The position numbers and the translations under genes are program-made. From positions 1 through 64,000 of IMG/VR virus record IMGVR_UViG_3300001348_000010: a stretch of 64,000 nt of DNA; one strand, given 5' to 3'. Position 1 is the stretch's first letter, and each line of letters begins with the position of its first letter. The DNA is from an uncultured virus (IMG/VR IMGVR_UViG_3300001348_000010) (lineage: Duplodnaviria; Heunggongvirae; Uroviricota; Caudoviricetes). This document shows, piece by piece, positions 57,010 to 64,000 of the stretch. Below the pieces are notes generated by a model, which was not told the origin of the DNA, searched no databases, and worked only from the letters and a program-made list of their open reading frames with translations.

Positions 57010-58347
57010 ATGACAGCTATTATAACAGATAAACTCAAAAAACAATTACTACTAAACATCATTGAAGATGTAGATAGTGCAGCTAATAATTACTTTATTG
57101 GTATAGGAAGATCAGAGGCTTGGAATGAAACCGATGCTGCTCCTGCTCCTCAGAATAGCTTGCGTGATCAACGTAATTTAGGATTGAGTTTACAATCTGT
57201 AAAAGGCATTGCAGATAAATCTTTATGTGTACCAAGGACAGATTGGTCATCTGGTGCAATATATTCTTCTTATAATGATAATATTCAAGGACATCCAGTA
57301 TCGTCTTACTATGTCTTTACTGATGAGAATCACGTATATATTTGTCTACAGCAAGGTAGAAATGCGGCGGGAACTGGTGTTAACTCCACTGTTAAACCAA
57401 CAGGGACTAGCGCCAATGCATTTAAAACAGCAGACGGTTATGTATGGAAATTCTTATATTCTATTGGTGCATTAACAGCCAATAAATTCTTATCATCTAA
57501 CTTCCTTCCTGTTACAAAGATTGTCTCGGTTGATTCTGATTCACCAGCTTCTATTTCTGAACAAAAAGGAATACAAGATGCGGCAATAGGTGGAGAGATT
57601 ATTGGATATACAGTAACAGCCGGTGGAACTGGATACACTTCAACACCAACAGCTACTATTTCAGGTAACGGAACATCGGCTAAAGCTGATGTCACTATAT
57701 CTGGTGGAGCTGTATCTAAAGTTGATGCTAGAGACTCAAGTGGATCCCTAGTATTTGGTTCTGGCTATACTTATGCTGAAGTCACATTAACAGGTGGCAG
57801 TGGTACTGGTGCAACAGTAAGGCCTATCTTTGGTACTAAAGATGGTATGGGTGCAGATCCGAGAGATGATCTTAGAGCAAGAGCAATTATGTTCAATGCA
57901 AAACCAGATGGTACTGAAGCAGGTGACTTTGTTATCGGAAATGATTTCCGTCAAGTTGCTCTTATTAAGAACCCTCTTACATATGCAAGTGCTAAGTTAA
58001 CAAGTAATACAGGCAATGCATTAAACAAATTAAATCTATCAGCCATCAGTTCATCATTTAGTGCAGATAAAACTATACTAGGAGCTGACTCACTAGCTTT
58101 GGCTTATATAGATAAAATAGATTCAGATAATATATATTATCATCAAAATGAGACAACAGGATTTGGTTCGTTCCAAAGCGCAGAAGCAATATCTGAAACA
58201 GATGGTTCCGGTGCTGGTGTTGTTGCAACAGATAGTGCGGGTGATTTTAACCCACTAACTGGTGATATTCTCTATATAGATAATAGAGCTGCAGTAACTA
58301 GAGTTGCAGAACAAACAGAAGACATTAAAATCGTTATTCAATTATAA
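57010..58347 (+). CDS. gp8: Baseplate wedge protein gp8
   Basis: Y..IGR...W, PR.DW.SG..Y, YYV....VY.CL, DGYVWKFLY, FRQ, G.ILYIDNR. Confidence 0.88.
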   Translation: MTAIITDKLKKQLLLNIIEDVDSAANNYFIGIGRSEAWNETDAAPAPQNSLRDQRNLGLSLQSVKGIADKSLCVPRTDWSSGAIYSSYNDNIQGHPVSSYYVFTDENHVYICLQQGRNAAGTGVNSTVKPTGTSANAFKTADGYVWKFLYSIGALTANKFLSSNFLPVTKIVSVDSDSPASISEQKGIQDAAIGGEIIGYTVTAGGTGYTSTPTATISGNGTSAKADVTISGGAVSKVDARDSSGSLVFGSGYTYAEVTLTGGSGTGATVRPIFGTKDGMGADPRDDLRARAIMFNAKPDGTEAGDFVIGNDFRQVALIKNPLTYASAKLTSNTGNALNKLNLSAISSSFSADKTILGADSLALAYIDKIDSDNIYYHQNETTGFGSFQSAEAISETDGSGAGVVATDSAGDFNPLTGDILYIDNRAAVTRVAEQTEDIKIVIQL

Positions 58348-58362
58348 TCGGTGTAGGAAAAC

Positions 58363-61300
58363 ATGGCAATAGATTTTACAAAAAACATTTTTGCGTCAAC
58401 ATATAAAGACGACTTTGCTGATAGTGATAACTATCATAGGATTCTCTTTAATAATGGACGTGCCCTACAAGCCCGTGAATTAACGCAACTGCAAACTATT
58501 ACTCAGTCTGAGATTTCTCGGATGGGTAGACATTTATTTAGAGAAGGTGCTGCTGTTAATCCAGGTGGTACTACTATTAATAATAAGTATGAGTTTATTA
58601 AACTAACTGGCGAATTACCTAGTTCAAGTATTATTGGAACACAGTTTACTTCAGCATCCAACTCTATTATTGTAGAAGTGCTTGAAACCGTAGCAAGAGT
58701 ATCTGATTTAGAACCAGCTACAATCTATGTTAAGTATGTAAGTACATCAGGTGGAACTAGTGGATCAACTCCTGTTAGAGTATCTGCAAGTGACACATTA
58801 TCTGGTGGAGATGAAACTCTTACAGTACAATCTACAAATACTGTTGCTAATCCAGCTACAGGTACCGGTACTAGAGTATCCATTCACGCTGGTGATTTCT
58901 TTGCTATAGATCGTTTTGTCTTTGCAAGAGAACAGTCAATGATTTTATCTAAATACACTTCTGATCCAGAGGCAGTAATTGGATTTAAAGTAACTCAAGA
59001 TATTGTTAGTGTTAATGATTTCCCTGCACTATATGATAACTCTGGTGCAACTCCTAATGTATCTGCACCTGGTGCTGATAGATATAGAATTAGACTTGAT
59101 ATAGCAGACAAAGCTAATGTTGCAGCTGATGAAAACTTTGTATATGTTGCTAAAGTTGTTGATGGCATAGTAGTTACACAAGTTGATGGTACAGATTCTT
59201 ACAATAAGATAGAAGACAGAATGGCCATCAGAACAAGTGAAGAGTCTGGTGACTATATCGCTAAAAGGTTTTCTGTTAGTTTTGATACTAGTGATTCGGA
59301 TGAAAGTATATTAGACTTTGATATAACACCAGGTATTGCATATGTAGATGGCTATAGAGCTGTTATTAACTCACCACTTAAACTTTCAGTCAGTAAACCA
59401 AGAACAACTATTACAGAAAATAATAATGTAACAGCAGCTGCATATGGGCAATATGTTACAGTATCTGCTAATAAAGGCTTACCTAACATTAATACATTTG
59501 CTCAAATTAATCTTTATCCTAATACAGCTGGTACTGGTGCATTAATAGGTACTGCTAGAGTAAGAGCTGTAGAGGAAGATGGTTCGAACTATAGAGTATA
59601 TCTGTTTGATGTACAAATTGCTTCTGGTAAAAACAAAAGAAACACTAAATCACTTGGTACTGGTTCTACTGATTATATGACACTAGTTCTTGAAAACAGC
59701 AAAGCAGTATTTAAAGATGAAGGATCTACAAGTCTATTGTTCCCAGTCCCTGGAAATAGACCAAAAGTTATTACAGATATTAGTCTTGTAACACAAAGGT
59801 ATAGAACAGCAGTTATATCAGGTGGAGCAGGTTCTATTACACTAACAGCTACAGGCGAGACCTTTGCTGATACTAGTGNNTGGATTGCAGCACAAGCCGA
59901 TTCAGATATAGATACAGGGTTTACTGCAAATGGATCTGGTACAACAGCTAGTGCACTAGGTGGTGTTACAGATGGTACATATGAAATTCTTACTTATGTA
60001 AATAAGGCTGCAGGGACTGTTAGAACTAAGTCACTTACAGAAGTAACCGAAACAATTACACCAGATGGTTCTGGTAATTTAAACTTTACAAAAGCTGATA
60101 TTAGTAGTATAGTTAGAGTTACTCTTGCTGACTCAGATGGCGCTGATCTAACAACATCTTATGACTTAGATAATGGTCAACGTGACTTTGCTTATCTAAA
60201 TGGTAGAATGGTTAAGAAAGCCGGAGTTACTCAAACAGCTGATGTGTTTGTAAGATATAAACACTTTACTCATGGTGCATCTGGTGATTTCTTTGCGGTT
60301 AACTCTTATACTGGTCAAACCAACTATGAAGATATTCCATCATATACACAATCTAATGGCACAACAGTATCTCTAAGAAATGTTTTAGACTTCCGTTCAA
60401 GTGTTAATAGCTCAGGTAACTTTGGTTCAGGTGCTAAAATTAATGAGATGCCTAAGAATACAGGTCTCATCACATTTGATGCAGAGTATTATCTCGGTAA
60501 AAAAGTTCGTGTGACAATAGATAAAAATAGTTTTGTTGATGCTATTAGTGGTGCAGCTAGTGTTAATCCTCAATTACCACCAGCTCCAAACAATTCTCTG
60601 GATTTATTCCATGTTGATATGAATCCATATACAGTTAGTGATACTGATATTACTTCAACTACTATCAGAGCTAAAAGATTTACTATGAAAGATATTGGTA
60701 AATTGGAAAATAGAATTGATAAAGTTGAAGAGGCTACATCATTAAGCCTTCTTGAATTAGATACAGCATCATTTAATGTTCTTGATGCTACTAGTAATAA
60801 TAGAACAAAATCTGGTTTCTTTGTAGATAACTTTGCTGATCAATCTAGGTCATATATGTCTGCTGATTATAATGCAGCTATTGATCCAGAAGCTAAGATT
60901 ATGCGCCCTTGGTTCCAAGAAGCTAACCTTAGAATGATCTATGACTCTGATCAATCTAGTAATACAATTCTTAAAGGTGATAGCGTATACCTAAAACATG
61001 ATAATATAAATTATGTTGATCAACCTCTTGCAACAGAAGCAATGAATATTAACCCATTTGCTGTTATCCTAAATGAAGGTTTTATTGATCTTTCACCATC
61101 ATCAGATGAGTGGACTGCAGTCGACAGATTACCAGATCGTGTAGAAGACGGTGGATCAAGACTTGTTAATAATGGAGCATTACTCTGGAATACATGGCGA
61201 TGGAACTGGATTGGACGAAATGATACACCAACCGAAGATTTAGCAACTAGAGATGCAGCACGAACAAGTATATTAGCAGTCAATAGAGTTGTTGCTTCAG

Positions 61301-63402
61301 AAACAGTTCGTGAATTTGTGAATGATCGTATACTAGATGTTGCATTTATTCCGTTTATGCGGTCTAGGAAAGTTAGTTTCCGCGCTCAAGGTCTTAAACC
61401 TAATACTCAAGTTTTTGCTTTCTTCAATAACAAATCAGTTGCTGATTGGGTAAGATCAGAAGCATTTACTAGATTTGCCACTACTACTGATGATTTTGGT
61501 AATAGACATAATAGAGCAACTCAACATCCTGATGGCAAGTCAACACTAGTAACTGATGCTACAGGTTCTGTTACTGGTTCATTCTTTATTCCATCCACAG
61601 ACGCAATTAAGTTTAGAACTGGTGTACGTGAGTTTAAACTACTTGATATTAGTGTACCTAAAGATGAGAATGCAACATCAATTGCAAAAGAACCTTTTTC
61701 ATCAACAGGTGTATTAGAAACTAGACAGTCAACATTTACAACAACTAGAGTGCTAACTATATCAGCTCCGCCACCACCTGTTGCTCCACGGAGACGTAGA
61801 CGCCGTAGGTCAGGTCTAACACCTGATCCTCAGTTGGACCCAAGGAATCAAACCCGCAAAGATCCTTTGGCTCAGACATTCTTTATTGATGAAAATGATG
61901 GTTTGTTTATAACTAGAGTTGGTGTTAGGTTCCAAACTAAAGATACAACAGTTCCTGTGATGATGCAAATTAGATCAACTGTAAATGGTGTTCCATCATC
62001 AGATGAGATTATACCTAATGGAGTTAAGGTTCTTCTACCCGGTTCTATTACAACATCAGCTGATGCTAGTGCAGTAACTTACTTTGAGTTTGATGAACCA
62101 GTTTACTTGAACGGCAACATGGAATATTCTATTGTTCTACTTGCTAATTCTATAAATTATAATGTATATGTAGCAAAATCTGGTGATTTAAAACTTAATT
62201 CAACAGAACTAAGAGTTACTAAACAGCCTACACTAGGTTCATTGTTTAAATCTCAGAATAGTAGGACTTGGTCGGCAGATCAAGAAAGAGATTTAACATT
62301 CACTATTGATTGTGCTGAATTTATTTCAGCAACCGGATATGTTACATTACAAAATGCGCCCATTCCACCAATCTTATTGGCTAGTAATTCATTAGATGCT
62401 ACAAACACAAGTGGCACAGTTAAGGTTCTTGCATTTGGTCACGGGTTTACAGTAGGCGACTCGGTAACAATAGCAAATGCTACAACGTTTGGTGGAATAG
62501 CTGCAGCTAATATTAATGGTACAAGAGCAGTCACTAAAGTAGATGGTACAGGCTTTGAGTTTGTGGCAGGTGCATCAGATGTTGCTTCAGCTACTATAGC
62601 TGGTGGTGGGGATGCTATTACAATAACAAGAAATATTATGATGGATACAGTAGTTCCTTATGTTGAAACACTTTCACCTCCACAGACTTTAATATCACAC
62701 TCAGCTAAATTTACATCAGGTAAATCATTTGCTGGATCTGAAACTGCTTATATTCCAGATAGTAGTTATCAAACCATAGCAAATAGAGATAATAATAACT
62801 TTACTCAACCTAAGGTGATTGCTTCAAGTGCTAATGAAACTGCTTCTTTATCAGGTAATAAATCGTTAACATATAAAATTGATTTACAGACACAAACTAA
62901 CTTAGTTGCACCAGTAGTTGATCTTCAACGTGCTTCTATAACAGCTATAAACAATTTAGTTGATCAACAAGTTGCAAGTGGTAGTGGTGGTAATATTCCA
63001 ATAGAATATATTGCAGAAACAAATCCAACTGGTGGTTCACATCTAACTAAGCATATTACACAACCGGTATCTCTCGATGAGTCAGCTGTTGGTTTAAAAA
63101 TACTAATTGGTGCAAATAGACCATCTGCAGCAAGCTTTGATGTTTACTATAGAACAAATGCTTCAGATACAGCAGCGGCAGGTAACTTACTTGACTCAAC
63201 TTGGATATTAGCTACACTTGAAACTGAAATGCCTTCAGACGAAAATATTAATGTATTCAGAGAGTACAGATACTTAGTAGGCGGTGATGACGGAACTATG
63301 GATGCTTTCTCACAATTCCAAGCTAAGATAGTATTAAAATCAACCAATACATCAAGACCTCCAGTCATACAAGACTTGAGAATGATTGCATTGAGTGTAT
63401 AA
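58363..63402 (+). CDS. Large virion structural protein (VrlC/DUF4815-like)
   Basis: Y.DDF.....YHRILF..GRALQARELTQLQT, APGADRY, R.KSGFFVDNF, DPLAQTF. Confidence 0.85.
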   Translation: MAIDFTKNIFASTYKDDFADSDNYHRILFNNGRALQARELTQLQTITQSEISRMGRHLFREGAAVNPGGTTINNKYEFIKLTGELPSSSIIGTQFTSASNSIIVEVLETVARVSDLEPATIYVKYVSTSGGTSGSTPVRVSASDTLSGGDETLTVQSTNTVANPATGTGTRVSIHAGDFFAIDRFVFAREQSMILSKYTSDPEAVIGFKVTQDIVSVNDFPALYDNSGATPNVSAPGADRYRIRLDIADKANVAADENFVYVAKVVDGIVVTQVDGTDSYNKIEDRMAIRTSEESGDYIAKRFSVSFDTSDSDESILDFDITPGIAYVDGYRAVINSPLKLSVSKPRTTITENNNVTAAAYGQYVTVSANKGLPNINTFAQINLYPNTAGTGALIGTARVRAVEEDGSNYRVYLFDVQIASGKNKRNTKSLGTGSTDYMTLVLENSKAVFKDEGSTSLLFPVPGNRPKVITDISLVTQRYRTAVISGGAGSITLTATGETFADTSXWIAAQADSDIDTGFTANGSGTTASALGGVTDGTYEILTYVNKAAGTVRTKSLTEVTETITPDGSGNLNFTKADISSIVRVTLADSDGADLTTSYDLDNGQRDFAYLNGRMVKKAGVTQTADVFVRYKHFTHGASGDFFAVNSYTGQTNYEDIPSYTQSNGTTVSLRNVLDFRSSVNSSGNFGSGAKINEMPKNTGLITFDAEYYLGKKVRVTIDKNSFVDAISGAASVNPQLPPAPNNSLDLFHVDMNPYTVSDTDITSTTIRAKRFTMKDIGKLENRIDKVEEATSLSLLELDTASFNVLDATSNNRTKSGFFVDNFADQSRSYMSADYNAAIDPEAKIMRPWFQEANLRMIYDSDQSSNTILKGDSVYLKHDNINYVDQPLATEAMNINPFAVILNEGFIDLSPSSDEWTAVDRLPDRVEDGGSRLVNNGALLWNTWRWNWIGRNDTPTEDLATRDAARTSILAVNRVVASETVREFVNDRILDVAFIPFMRSRKVSFRAQGLKPNTQVFAFFNNKSVADWVRSEAFTRFATTTDDFGNRHNRATQHPDGKSTLVTDATGSVTGSFFIPSTDAIKFRTGVREFKLLDISVPKDENATSIAKEPFSSTGVLETRQSTFTTTRVLTISAPPPPVAPRRRRRRRSGLTPDPQLDPRNQTRKDPLAQTFFIDENDGLFITRVGVRFQTKDTTVPVMMQIRSTVNGVPSSDEIIPNGVKVLLPGSITTSADASAVTYFEFDEPVYLNGNMEYSIVLLANSINYNVYVAKSGDLKLNSTELRVTKQPTLGSLFKSQNSRTWSADQERDLTFTIDCAEFISATGYVTLQNAPIPPILLASNSLDATNTSGTVKVLAFGHGFTVGDSVTIANATTFGGIAAANINGTRAVTKVDGTGFEFVAGASDVASATIAGGGDAITITRNIMMDTVVPYVETLSPPQTLISHSAKFTSGKSFAGSETAYIPDSSYQTIANRDNNNFTQPKVIASSANETASLSGNKSLTYKIDLQTQTNLVAPVVDLQRASITAINNLVDQQVASGSGGNIPIEYIAETNPTGGSHLTKHITQPVSLDESAVGLKILIGANRPSAASFDVYYRTNASDTAAAGNLLDSTWILATLETEMPSDENINVFREYRYLVGGDDGTMDAFSQFQAKIVLKSTNTSRPPVIQDLRMIALSV

Positions 63403-63620
63403 TGATAAAAGTTAATGGGCACCCAAATTTAGTTAGAGATCCAAATTCGGGTGCTATTTTGAATATAAATAAAGATGAGATTACTTCAGCACGAGCAAGA
63501 AAGATAGCCCGTGCTGAAAAAGAATTAGAAGAACAACAACTGAAAGCAGATGTACTAAGTTTAAAAAATGAGATTAGTGACATTAAACAACTGTTGGCTC
63601 AAATTGTAGAGAAAATTTAA
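63402..63620 (+). CDS. Small conserved coiled-coil protein
   Basis: KV.GHPNLVRD..SGAILN...LKNEISDIKQLL. Confidence 0.75.
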   Translation: MIKVNGHPNLVRDPNSGAILNINKDEITSARARKIARAEKELEEQQLKADVLSLKNEISDIKQLLAQIVEKI

Positions 63621-64000
63621 ATGGCAAGAACACACGTAAATGTAACAGATCATATTTTAGATATGAAGAACAAAGTCAACGAAATCTCATATGATGTCGG
63701 TGACATAGCTCTTATATCAACATCGGGACAAGATAGTGATGTAGTTCAAGCTATTAACTCACTTGACTCAGATATTGGTGGAATTGCTAATCTTACAACA
63801 ATAGACAAGTCTAGTATTAAAGCGGCTATCAATGAGCTAGATGCTGAGATTGGTGCAGATACTCTAACAACTAGTGCATCTACAGTAAAAGGTGCTATTA
63901 ATGAACATGAAGTTCAAATCAATAATACAGATAGTGATATTGGTACTAGAACTAATCTAACTACAGATGCAGATCAAAACCTTGTAGTTGCTATAAATGA
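63621..64000 (+). CDS. Fibre-like structural protein, 5' partial, with AIN(E/S)-IG-LTT repeats
   Basis: Open from ATG 63621 to window end: VVQAINSLDSDIG, KAAINELDAEIG, KGAINEH, VVAIN. Confidence 0.7.
   Translation, partial: MARTHVNVTDHILDMKNKVNEISYDVGDIALISTSGQDSDVVQAINSLDSDIGGIANLTTIDKSSIKAAINELDAEIGADTLTTSASTVKGAINEHEVQINNTDSDIGTRTNLTTDADQNLVVAIN

Noticed and set aside
100..59880. Ambiguous bases (100, 183, 20751, 25620, 59879-59880) as programmed variation
   Set aside because: Scattered and frame-preserving; best explained as assembly ambiguity; no reverse transcriptase or template/variable repeat pair seen

Overview
64 kb segment of a lytic T4-like myovirus with AT-rich DNA. Spanin-like genes point to a Gram-negative host, probably a marine proteobacterium (inference). 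Order: end of a tail-fibre module; a cluster of basic proteins with T4-type capsid-targeting N-termini, including a ligase-like KxDG enzyme and an NMNAT/cytidylyltransferase-like enzyme; overlapping spanin pair; class Id-like ribonucleotide reductase (nrdB-nrdA); rnh, denV, phoH and an exonuclease; a 9-gene glycosyl/methyltransferase island; early ORFs with tRNA-Pro; a 14-gene island (desaturase, eight 2OG-Fe(II)/TauD-type oxygenases, PLP enzyme, methyltransferase, peroxiredoxin); a GC-rich structured intergenic RNA candidate; gp33/gp32; and the baseplate/tail block (tape measure, gp51/gp26, gp54, gp2, gp4, gp48, gp53, gp27, tripartite gp5, gp25, gp6, gp7, gp9/10-like, gp8, VrlC-like, fibre). 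Leading hypotheses: a D-S-[D/A] motif enriched in outer virion proteins as a possible target of the phage's own modification enzymes; a -1 frameshift joining gp26 to gp51; packaged enzymes; and a ~240-nt ncRNA. All family calls come from motif recognition by eye; no database searches were run.
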